DNA of 64,000 nucleotides from Octopus sinensis (lineage: Eukaryota): positions 7,812,001-7,876,000 of the forward strand of contig NC_043022.1 in the NCBI RefSeq assembly GCF_006345805.1, read 5' to 3'. The position numbers and the translations under genes were made by a program. Shown in pieces: positions 53,226 through 64,000 of the stretch (within the stretch, counting starts at the first letter, position 1; each line of letters begins with the position of its first letter). The notes under the pieces were generated by a model that made no database searches, was not told the origin of the DNA, and saw nothing but the letters and a program-made list of their open reading frames with translations.

Positions 53226-54596
53226 GTTTCTTTATTGGCCACACAGGGCTGCACACAGATGGGACAAGTTACAAGGTAGAGCTTTTCTTTTGGGGGATGA
53301 AAAAAACAAAAATAATAAAAGAAACAAAAAAAGGTGGCGTAGGTTTTCGATCAAAAGGGATCGTAAAAGGGAAAAAAGAACAAAAAATAAAAAAAAAGAA
53401 GAAAAGGAAAAGGAACAAAAGAAAAGAGAAATGAAAAAAAATAAGAAAAAAGGGGAAAAAAGGGGAAGAGGAAAAAAAACGATCAATAGGGATCGTGTAT
53501 CACAGTGTTATGATGTATGGTGTAAAGGGGAAGCAAGTAAGGTTTATCCGTGGGAAGAAAAGCCTACGAAAAAGACCACGGTAACCTTAGTCAATATTGT
53601 TATCTGTTACCACATTTGTTTGCAAGTGGGTAACCCTCTGTTTTCAATTTCTGGGTTCATAGGATTATGCTCAAGGTGGCTTCGTCATTCATACGTGCCA
53701 TCCTTGCTACATTCACCCATCTTTTTTAAAAACATTCGCTAGACAAAACTTGCCTCTCTACTCTCACTTTCCTTTCAAGTGGTACTTGAAGAAGTTGATG
53801 AGAGATTGACCAGAGAGAAAGTGTTTGTCTCCAATCCTTTCAGACGCGTCCACCAGATACATTCTTTCGCCATAGCCACAAGATGATGAAAATAGCTCTT
53901 CCTTCCTGTTTGAAGGAAGGAGGCGTGACAATATTGACGATAGACTCAGCTGATACCGACTCGTCCACACGTGACAGCAGTTGTTTCGACATAAGCCCAC
54001 AGGTCGGAAATTGTTGGACACTGCACGAGTGCGTGCAGAACAGTTTCGTCGCTCTGACCGCATCTCGGGCAGGTCGGCCCCGTGTTTCTCGAGCCGTGTC
54101 TGTAGAGCTTATCCCGAACGGTTAGCGCTTCTCGGTAGCACTGCCAGGCCAGGGATCTCTGGAAGTTGTCATGGGCCCTGGCCCGAAAGTCGTCCCGAAC
54201 GTCGACGTCCAGGTTCGCCCCGAGCTCGTCGTCGTACCCCCCCTCCACTAATCCCCTATAGAATGCTTTGGTTGTGATGAAGTCACTCAAGGTCGACCCA
54301 GGACGACAGAGTTGCTTGAGAGCAACGCGAACACTCGCGGTGCCATTCGCCCTTCCTCGGCCTCTTTTTGATCCACGACTGCAGTTCGATCATGGAGACG
54401 AGCTGCGGGAAAGCGTGCCTCACAAACGGCGACCACACCTGTTCACCGTCGTCTACAAAGAGCCTGAGATGTCGCAGTCTCAGCGCGTGTCTGCGCATCA
54501 TCAACCACGGCATGCCCAGTCCTCCTTTTAACGGGTGTTGACAGCAAATGGATCGCCTGACCATCGGGACGCATCTTTCCACAAGAAGCGAAAGAG
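53226..54596 (-). mobile_element. L1/Tx1-like LINE 3' portion inside (GATA)n
   Basis: FLWK..VPMVRRSICCQHPLKGGLGMP; zinc knuckle CPRCGQSDETVLHALVQC; 3' UTR ending GCCCTGTGTGGCCAATAAAGAAA; GATA arrays on both flanks. Confidence 0.9.
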
Positions 54597-54607
54597 AGAT
54601 AGGTAGG

Positions 54608-54694
<87 letters not shown>

Positions 54695-54999
54695 TTGGAT
54701 ACATGGATAGGTATAAGGATACACACATGCATATAGGTGTGTGTGTGTGTTGTGTGTGTGTGTGTGTACGTTCTAGATGCTGCAGGAAACCAAGTCTCTT
54801 GGAAAATACCTCAAACCTGGCCGATACAATTTCATTCTCTTTCAAAGCTTAATCTTCCAGTCGTTACCTTCCTGGACTCACTTGCGAAGCTGAAAAATAA
54901 AGTTGATATGTCACTTCCATTTCGATTAAAGAATCTTATGTACTTCTCTGTGAAGTACATAAGGTTCCTACATAAGGCTCCTAGTAGTTACGGAGGTGC

Positions 55000-55190
55000 A
55001 CTACCGACCGCAAGATGGTAGTTCCGATTCTCGGAGCAAAACTCTTCATTTCACGCTGTTCCACTCAGCTCAAAATAGGTTAACCCTGTTCATTAGGGAA
55101 TGTTGTGACCTCGATCACTTATACGCCATGGAGACCCGGTAACCGACCCTATAAATCCTATGACTCAAGATAGTTATATCCAAGAGCCGA
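55000..55190 (+). mobile_element. degenerate CORE-like SINE whose tail is shared with 24385-24470
   Basis: TCTTCATTTCACGCTGTTCCACTCAGCT; tail GTGA(C/T)CTCG.TCA.TTATAC.CCATGGA.ACC.GGTAA in both places. Confidence 0.5.
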
Positions 55191-55469
55191 CGATCATGAT
55201 GATACTTTACTCCACTGTTAGATATGTTCTGGCAAGCACTAGGGGTACTATTGCACTCTCGTTCCCATCGTGGGGATTTTCTATGTCCCGACGTGTTTTT
55301 GCTTTATAATCATTGATCCTACGCTGAGGATACGCTTTTACAGTTCATATTTTTGTCCTATTGGGTTTATTTTCTAGCAACCTTTCTCATCATGCCAACC
55401 GGGTTTGGATGCAGGGACCAGGTGTATGCGTATGTGCGTGTGTTCGCGAGTGCGCGCGCCCCGTTCCAT

Positions 55470-55910
55470 GAGTTTGTTCGCTCGCACCGTGCTCTGAGTT
55501 CGTTCGTTCATTCGCACTATGCTGTGAGATCGTTCGTTTATTCGTACCATGTGAGATCGTTCGTTCATTCGCACCATGCTGTGAGTTCGTTCGTTCGCAC
55601 TGTGCTGCCAGCTTGTTCGTTCGTTTGCAACGTACAATGGGTTCGTTTGTAACGTGCCATGAGTTCGTTCGCACCATGCTGTGAGTTCGTTCGTTCGCAC
55701 TGTGCTGCCAGCTCGTTCGTTCGTTTGCAACGTACCATGAGTTCGTTCGCAACGTGCCGTGAGTTCGTTCGCACCATGTTGTGAGTTCGTTCGTTCGCAT
55801 TGTGCTGTCAGCTTGTTCGTTCGTTCGCAACGTGCCATGAGTTCGTTCGCACCGTGCTTTGAGTTCTTTCGTTCGCACCGTGCTATGAGTTCGTTCGTTC
55901 GCACCGTGCC
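55470..55910. repeat. minisatellite of 22-32-bp units (GAGTTCGTTCGTTCGCACCGTGC core) with higher-order structure
   Basis: About 17 units read directly; a CCAGCT/TCAGCT variant recurs every few units. Confidence 0.9.
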
Positions 55911-56180
55911 ATGAGGCACATAAAGCCACATGATCTCTCCAACCAACCCTGTTTTTTGCCACTGTTCTGGTCTCATTCCAGTTTCTCCACCGTTCTCGTC
56001 TCTTTTCCTTGTGAGTGATCCTTCGCCATATAGCTTGAGGGCACCCTGCTGCTCTTTCTCCCCCCCCCCCGGCTTCTAATCTAGTACCACCATCCAATCG
56101 CTTTCTCGAGCTTGTCTGAGGACAAGTTCTATCCACTTCCAACGTCTGCGTCTTATTTCAGGATCCACTGTATTATAACA
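55905..56180 (-). mobile_element. RTE-clade LINE 3' end
   Basis: EIRRRRWKWI...GCPQAIWRRITHKEKRRERWRNWNETRTVAKNRVGWRDHVALCASWH. Confidence 0.85.
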
Positions 56181-56329
56181 TACGATCAGTTGCACTGCAA
56201 GTGACCTGACTCAACGTACCAGTCGTGTCTTGGGTCGGCATTCAACCTGGACTGATTTCCTTCACAGCGTAGATACTAATGCTGAGGAATGTGCATCCAC
56301 AACGTTACTGTAAACTACATTGCAAAGAG

Positions 56330-56580
56330 GACAATAGATTCCGTATCGCATGGGTGGTCGTTATTGCTGAGGCTGTCAGGTCATCACCCGCATCTGAGAC
56401 GATTAATTGCCACCGCATTCTGCAGTTACAGTGCTCGAGAGAACTCATTGTGAATATAATGTAGAGATTAGTCTGTGCTGTAGACGATTCTCTGATCGCC
56501 TGCGCAGTTGTGTCGTTCGTTTCTGTCAATATAGAATCTTCAAAGTATGTAAAACTGAAGATGAAAATCTTAGAATTCGA
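56330..56580 (+). mobile_element. possible highly degenerate RTE reverse-transcriptase fragment
   Basis: VVIAEAVRSSPASETINCHRIL...RLVCAVDDSLIA...ESSKYVKLKMKIL loosely resembles the region around YADD. Confidence 0.3.
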
Positions 56581-56592
56581 TGAGCAGCCACG

Positions 56593-56682
<90 letters not shown>

Positions 56683-56818
56683 GAGATGAGAGAGAGAGAC
56701 AGACAGACAGACAGATATAAAATTCAGTTGAATAAGGTACTTAAGTTCGTGCACGTAAAGTTGGAATAATATACACACACACAATTATACATATAATGTG
56801 TGTGTATATATGTGTATG

Positions 56819-56850
<32 letters not shown>

Positions 56851-56949
56851 CGTGTATGTGTATATAGTTGTATATATATGTGTGTGTGTGTATGTGTATG
56901 TATGCGTGTATATGTGTGTGTGTACGTATATATATATATATATATATAT

Positions 56950-57450
56950 TCATCGATCCCCGTGCTCAACAGATGTTTGTTTATCGACTCCGAAAGGATC
57001 AAAGGTAAAGTCGGCCTGAACAGAATATGAACTCAGAACGTCAAGTGGTGGCTGAAATGCCGCTAAGCATTTTGCCCAGCAGGATCTCTTCCGGCTCTTT
57101 ATGTTCTGACTTCAAAATGCCGCCGAAGTCGACTTTACCTTTCGTTCTTCAGGGCTTGATGAAATACGTACCACTTGAACAGTGAGGTCGATGTAATCGA
57201 CTTACTCCCCTCGCACAAAATTTCAGGCTTCTTATAATTTGTCGAGCTGGCGGGATCGGTAACATGCCAGGCAAAATGCTAAGCGGTGTTTTGTCCATCT
57301 TTATCTTCTGAGTTCAAATTCCGTCGTGGTCGACTTAGCCTTTCATACTTTCGGGGTCGATAAATCAAATATCAGTAAAATACTGGAATCGATGTAATCG
57401 AATAGTCCCCTTCCCCAAAATTTCAGGCCTTGTGCCTATTGTAAAAAGGA
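56950..57450. mobile_element. SINE family M fragments, one minus and two plus
   Basis: Core and tail motifs. Confidence 0.75.
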
Positions 57451-57810
57451 TTATTACCTGCGCCTTAGCGAAAGTGGAAGTATTGTTTTAAGTCGTATTT
57501 GTTTGTCCGTGGTCAAGATATCTCAAGAACCGCTGGATGGATTCCGATGTAACATTCAGACATGTTTTGCTTCGTGACTGACTCGAACTGATTAGGAACA
57601 ATCCGGTACCGGATAAGGATTCTGAATGTTTTTCTGTTTTTTTTTTTAACGTAAATTTTGAGAGCGGTCGTATTCATTTTTAGTATTCTCATTTGTGAGA
57701 GCAGTCGAGTTTATTTCAGATATTCTCATTTTAAAAATCATCCCTTGCTAATCATTGAGAAGACGTTGGTGTTGCCTTGGCGGACATTTGCGCTCCCTAG
57801 GTGCTCTTCT
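57451..57810 (+). mobile_element. Helentron-associated non-autonomous element (HINE/DINE-1-like)
   Basis: 5' TTATTACCTGCGCC, GTTTGTCCGT block, 3' CCTTGGCGGA plus GCGCTCCCTAGGTGC hairpin, T-rich junctions. Confidence 0.6.
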
Positions 57811-57824
57811 TATTATTATGGCTG

Positions 57825-58032
57825 TGTGCTGGCAGAATTATTAGCACACCGGACAAAATGCTTTGTGGCATTTTCTCCGTCTTTACGTTCTGAGTTCAAA
57901 TTCCGCCGAGGTCGACCTTGCCTTTCATCCTTCCGGAGTTGATAAAATTAAGTACCAGTGAAACACTGGGGTCGATATAATCGACTAGCCCCCTCCCCCA
58001 AAATTTTACGCCTTATGCCTATAGTAGAAAGG

Positions 58033-58086
<54 letters not shown>

Positions 58087-58505
58087 TATTGTTTTATTGT
58101 AATATTTGATTATTCTTTTCTACTATAGGCACAAGGCCCGAAATTTGGTGGGAGGGGCTAGTCGATTAGATCGACCTCGATAGGCCACTGATACTTAATT
58201 TATCAACCCCGAAAGGATGAAAGGCAATGACGACCTCGGCGGAATTTGAATTCAGAACGTAAAGACAGACGAAATACCTATTTCTTTACTATCCACAAGG
58301 GGCTAAACACAGAGGAGACAAATAAGGGCAGACAAACGGATTAAGTCGATTACATCGATCCCAGTGCGTAACTGGTACTTATTTAATCGACCCCGAAAGG
58401 ATGAAAGGCAAAGTCGACCTCGGCGGAATTTGAACTTGGAACGTAGCGGCAGACGAAATAAGCATTTCGCCCGGCGTGCTAACGATTCTGCCAACGCGCC
58501 GCCTT
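57825..58505. mobile_element. family M monomer (+, 57825-58035) and dimer (-, 58120-58505) either side of (ATT)n
   Basis: Heads, cores and tails read directly. Confidence 0.85.
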
Positions 58506-60169
58506 TAATATTTGTTTATTATGAACAGAATATTGATGGGTGGAGATAATGATAATGATGAGGAGGAGGCGGTAAATAAGGACAACGACGACGACCATGA
58601 CAATAACAGGGAATCTGATGGTGATGATGATGATTAGGATGTTGATGGTGATGGCGATGATGACAAAGGCAACGATGATGATGATGATGATGATGATGAC
58701 GACGACAGCGATGACGGTGACATCGATAGCGAAGACCACGAACCACGAAGAAAAGGAAAACAAGAAAGTACGGAACAACGTGGGAGCCACGGCACAAAGC
58801 TACAGCCTGGCGGAGTGGTAGTGGTGGCGGTGGAGGTGGTGGTGGCGGTGGTGGTTACGGTGGCGGTGGTGGTTGGAAAAAGGGGGAGCTTTGCCCCCTC
58901 TCTTACCCTCTCCCCATCCACGCATCCCCCTCACACACACACACTCCCTCCCCCTTCCTCACCCCCCACCCACACGTTCATCATACAAATGAGAACAACT
59001 CTGACACAACTTTTCAGTTGTCAGCATTCCTCGGTGGATAAATCAAGGTTAAGGAGTGCATCGTTTTCTAGTGTTAGCTCGCAGCGCTGACACGTCATTC
59101 CCCGTATCTATCCTGCTTTGTTAGCACTGTGTGTCCAACGGATTTTTAGCAAGGATGCACACCGAAATTAATCACACTATTTATACGCAAAAATGATAAA
59201 TATGCATGCATCTTCCACCCCCTTCCTCTCTCCCCTCGCTCTCGCTCTCCCTCTCTCTCTCTCTACTCTACACACGCACACGCATATATGGTATATATAA
59301 TGTATAATATGTTATATATAATTTATATTGAGCAGTATATATATATGTATATATATTAATATATATATATACATATCTATATATGTATATATATGTATAT
59401 ATATATATATCGTAGATATATATACATAGTATATATATATATTATATATATGTATATATATATATACAAACATATATATATATCTATATATCACATATTA
59501 TATATATATATATATATATGTATATTATATACATATATATGAGATATATATATATGTGTAATATATATGTTATATATATTGTGTATATATAATATATGTC
59601 GTATATATATATATATAGATGTGTGTATATCTGTATATATATGTATATATGTGTGTATATATGTATATATATGTATATATATGTGTATATATATATGTGT
59701 ATATATATATGTGTATATATATATGTATATATAGTTTTTTATGTGTATGCATGTGTAATTTTATACGCATGCATTTCGTATGAATGTCTACGAAGCACAA
59801 GTACTTCTTTCAAGTTAGTATGTCTTTGCGCTTGCGCGTCTGTGTGTGTATGTGTGTGAAGATAGGTGCGTGTGTGAGGTCATTTGTTTTGTGCGTGTGT
59901 ATGGATGTAATCTTATTAAATGCCACTTAGATTCACTATCTGCCAACATGCATACATTCATATGTACATTACTGTATGTGTGCGTGTCTGTGTGTGCATA
60001 TAAATACATTTATGAATATACTTATCATTGCATATATTATATACGGCTTCAGAAAATATGAAATAATCCTCTATTAAAGACGTATACACACATATATATA
60101 ATATATATATATATATATACGTGTGTGTGTGTGTATTTCTTCAATGTTTCAAGATACCACGGAAACATA

Positions 60170-60466
60170 AATACATAGTTACCAGGGTAGCAAAAGTTCA
60201 CATAAGTGCCAAGGATGTTACAGCCTACTTATGAAGGTAGAAGTTCCAGGGTTTAGAGAAATGTTTTTGTATCACGTTGATTTCGCCCCTGTGCAAAGAC
60301 AATCCGATTCGCTAGCTTTCTTACACAGAATCTTGCCAGATTAGAGCAGTGTCGAGAGTAACTGGCCGAAACTGTTAAGACGATCTGGTACTCTTCTGAA
60401 GATTTTAAGCTCCTGTATCGTCTAACTGTCCGAATGTTTTGTTGTCGCTTGTTACGTTGTATATCC
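60170..60466 (+). mobile_element. possible Penelope-like terminal segment with decayed hammerhead
   Basis: TCTTG..GATTAGA-GCAGT..ACTGGC-CGAAAC-T-GTT-AAGA; lies between TA/TG arrays. Confidence 0.3.
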
Positions 60467-60479
60467 ATGCATTTATATA

Positions 60480-60554
<75 letters not shown>

Positions 60555-60569
60555 CATTTATATATATAT

Positions 60570-60606
<37 letters not shown>

Positions 60607-60743
60607 ATTATATGTATACATGTATATATATATATGTATACATTTATATATATATACATATACATTATTACATATATATATATATTTATATACTTTATAT
60701 ACATTTACATATACATATATATACATTTATATATATTATTATA

Positions 60744-60788
<45 letters not shown>

Positions 60789-60810
60789 ACACACACACCA
60801 CACACACACA

Positions 60811-61543
60811 GGTACAGCATCTCGGAAAACTCACTCTGATCGTTCTGATAAGAAAAGAACACCTGAATTTGTTGGTGTGATCCAGGCCATGATTGACAAC
60901 GGTCACTTCATCCAATCATGTTCATCACCAGGGACGTGGGTGTGTGTGACTTTCTTATCAGGAAGGTAGTGCATGAAGAGATTTGGTATTCCTCATACAA
61001 GATGAGAAACGGCCAATTTTTATCCCAAGCCATCAATGACAAGAGGAAAGAAGCCATACGGTTTCAGACTCATCACAGAGGCCTACATCAAATGCCTGGA
61101 GGAGGTAGTGCTGCCTTAATTCAAGAGGGTGATTGCTGAAAAACCCGATGTCTGGCAGCAGGACTCTGCACCATGCCACACAAGCAGGAGAACCCAATCA
61201 TGGCTGTCAGACAATTTCTGCGACCGTATCTTCCCTAACATCTAGCAACCCCCTTGATTATTATGTGCGGGCGCAGTTGAGCGAGAGACCTACAAAACTG
61301 AAGGCAAGGATTATGGCAGCATTCACCAACTTAAACAAGGAGACCGTCCAGAAAAGTTACAGGAGATTTCAAAGTCGTCTGTAGGCTGTGGTTGAAGCCA
61401 ATGGCGATTTTATTGAATAAATTTACTCTTTAGTATTTCAAGATAGTTTTATGTAATTTTGGTAAATATATCTGTTAAAATGCGATGTCAATGTTATTTT
61501 CATTTTTGAATAATTTAGATGACAACATATTCACCGCACCCTC
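60811..61543 (+). mobile_element. internally deleted maT/mariner-like transposon remnant with right TIR
   Basis: YIKCLEEVVLP..VWQQDSAPCHTSRRTQSWLSDNF..NPLDYYV..LKARIMAAF..FQSRL*AVVEANGDFIE*; ends ACCGCACCCT. Confidence 0.85.
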
Positions 61544-61645
61544 TTTCCTTCTTTCCTGAGCGTCCAATAATACTATATTTGTTCCACGTCCTCGCGTTGT
61601 TGTGTTTTTTTGTGCTTTCAAGTTTGGATTAACTTTATATATATA
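61544..61645 (+). mobile_element. Penelope-like extreme 3' fragment
   Basis: Nearly identical to the reverse complement of 45595-45685; ends in (TA)n. Confidence 0.6.
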
Positions 61646-62179
61646 TATATATATATTATATATTATATATAATATATACGTGTGTGCATGTGTATGGGTA
61701 TATGTCTATATTTGCATATATATGTACGTGTGTGTATATATGTATTTACATAATAAATGAGCATATTTTATGTATGTATGTATGTATGTATGTATGTATG
61801 TATGTATGTATACGTGCATGTACTTAAATGTGTGTGTCCGCGAGCGTGCGTGTCTACATGCGAGCTTGTGAATCATAAGGATGAGAAACAAATCCGTTGT
61901 GACTAAAAATACGATTGTGTACGATAGGAATAAAAACAAGGGAAGACGTGTAACGACAATTAACGGAAATGACAAACTACAGATCTGGATAAATCTATTT
62001 CGTCAACCGACTTTTTATCCAAAGTCATTGCGATTTCGGCGCTGTTTTCTATCCTTTCCGTTAACTGTCATTTTTGAGTCGTTAACGATTATTTTGATTT
62101 TCATTTCTAGCGTTCAGAAACACTTTTCATGATTTGTGTACATATAGACATACAAATATAGAAATATTCGAATGTATGC

Positions 62180-62356
62180 ATCTACAAATATTATATATAT
62201 GTATGTATGTATATTATATATATATATATGTATGTATTATATATATATATATATGTATGTATGCATGTATGTATATAGACATATATTTATGTATACGTAT
62301 ATGTCTGCATGTGCATATATATATATATATATATGTAATATATGGATATATATATT

Positions 62357-62389
<33 letters not shown>

Positions 62390-62752
62390 ATATATTTATA
62401 TATATATCAGTATATATGTAGATACGAATGTGTGTGAGTTATATGTGTGGTAAATATGTCTGTATATACATGCATAAGTGTTCTGTATATATGTGGATGT
62501 ATGATTGATGTGTGGTCTATGATACTATATATGTGTACATATATGTATACATATTCATGTTAATAGTGTCTATATATGTATGTATGCATATATGTATGTA
62601 TATATATATATATATATATGCATGCATGTATATATATATATGCATGTATATATATGTATGCATATGTACATATATATATATATATATGCATGTCTATATA
62701 TGTATGCATGTGTATATATATATATACATGTCTACATATGTATGCATATGTG

Positions 62753-62789
<37 letters not shown>

Positions 62790-63356
62790 ATAAATGTATT
62801 TGTATGTGTAGATTTGTGTGTTTGTATGTGTGAGTATGCATGTACAGATATATTAAAGTGTGTACGCATGCATATATATTTGTGTATGTAAATGTATGCA
62901 CATTTGTGTGTATATTGCACATGCATAACTGTGCTGATGTACTCGTGTATAAATAGATGGAGATGTATGTGCATGTATAGATGTGTGTAAGTATGCATAC
63001 GTGTACACGTGACTGAAAGTATGTATATATATATAGACGTGTATGTGTATGTACACGTATCAATGTGTTATATATGTCTAGATGTATGTATAAGTATGTT
63101 TGTGTGTGTGTGTGTATATATATATATATCCATGTATATGCATTGTATATATAGATGGCTGTAACTATCTTTGTATGCTCATGTATGTGTAATCGTTGTA
63201 TATGCATATGTATGCATACCTTTGTGCACGTGTATGTATATATGCATGTGATTATATCTGTATTTGTATATATGTGTGTGTATGTCTGTACTTGCATAAA
63301 TTTGTGCGTATATATGTAACATGCATATATGCAAATGTATATCTGTATGTCAATAT

Positions 63357-63398
<42 letters not shown>

Positions 63399-63448
63399 GT
63401 ATATATATGTATATATATATATGTATATATATATATGTATATATATTG

Positions 63449-63480
<32 letters not shown>

Positions 63481-63484
63481 GATG

Positions 63485-63524
<40 letters not shown>

Positions 63525-63552
63525 TAGTATATATATATTATATTTATATATG

Positions 63553-63597
<45 letters not shown>

Positions 63598-63710
63598 GTA
63601 TATATAATGTATTATATATATGTATCTTAATATATGTATATATATAATGTATATATATATATATATATATATGTGTGTTGTATATATGTATGTGTGTGTA
63701 TATGTATATC
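62180..63710. repeat. (TA)n/(TATG)n/(TG)n compound arrays
   Basis: Direct reading. Confidence 0.9.
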
Positions 63711-64000
63711 GTGGGACGGATACTCGGTAACCTCATGAATGTTACCAGCCCGAAGGGAAGCACGTGTCAGAGGGAGGGGTGGAACAAACGTGATGGCAGA
63801 ATTTGGAGGGGAGGGGTGAAAGGCAATGAGATGCTGAAGTGAGGGCGGGGTGGGGTGGGGGCAGATGGAATGATTTAATCGTAAACACTTCCTGTTACGT
63901 TAATGAACAAATTATTCTCTCTCTATCTCACCCTCTCTCTCTCTTTCCCTCACACACATACATGCAAACACATACACACACACATACACACATACACACA

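Noticed and set aside
55470-55910. CRISPR-like array
   Set aside because: Units are contiguous and degenerate with no unique spacers, in eukaryotic context without cas genes.

Overview
No recognisable intact protein-coding gene is present. The window is AT-rich eukaryotic intronic or intergenic DNA. The microsatellite load and the SINE families suggest an octopus/coleoid cephalopod genome; this is an inference. Nearly all ORFs in the supplied track are translations of (TA)n, (GATA)n, (TAA)n and (CTA)n arrays. The informative content is transposable elements: a degraded ~3-kb CR1-group LINE (16491-19482); fragments of L1/Tx1-like, RTE-like and R4/Dong-like LINEs; Tc1/mariner remnants and MITEs; two copies of a non-autonomous Helitron; a Helentron-type HINE; many tRNA-derived SINEs in three families; and several Penelope-like termini, mostly sitting in (TA)n. 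The most notable observations are four. (i) A complete type-I hammerhead ribozyme fold at 45377-45459 (-), with several variant or degenerate hammerhead-like motifs in other Penelope-like termini. (ii) Two separate SINE-LINE 3'-end pairings visible within this window: SINE family A with the CR1 LINE, including a compensatory stem-loop change, and the Meta-like SINE with the Tx1-like LINE. (iii) A 5'-truncated Penelope insertion carrying an inverted copy of its 3' end, plus other fold-back inserts. (iv) A minisatellite continuing directly from an RTE 3' hairpin. A few splice-site-bounded segments could be host exons but cannot be confirmed by eye. All family assignments come from manual motif recognition, not database searches.
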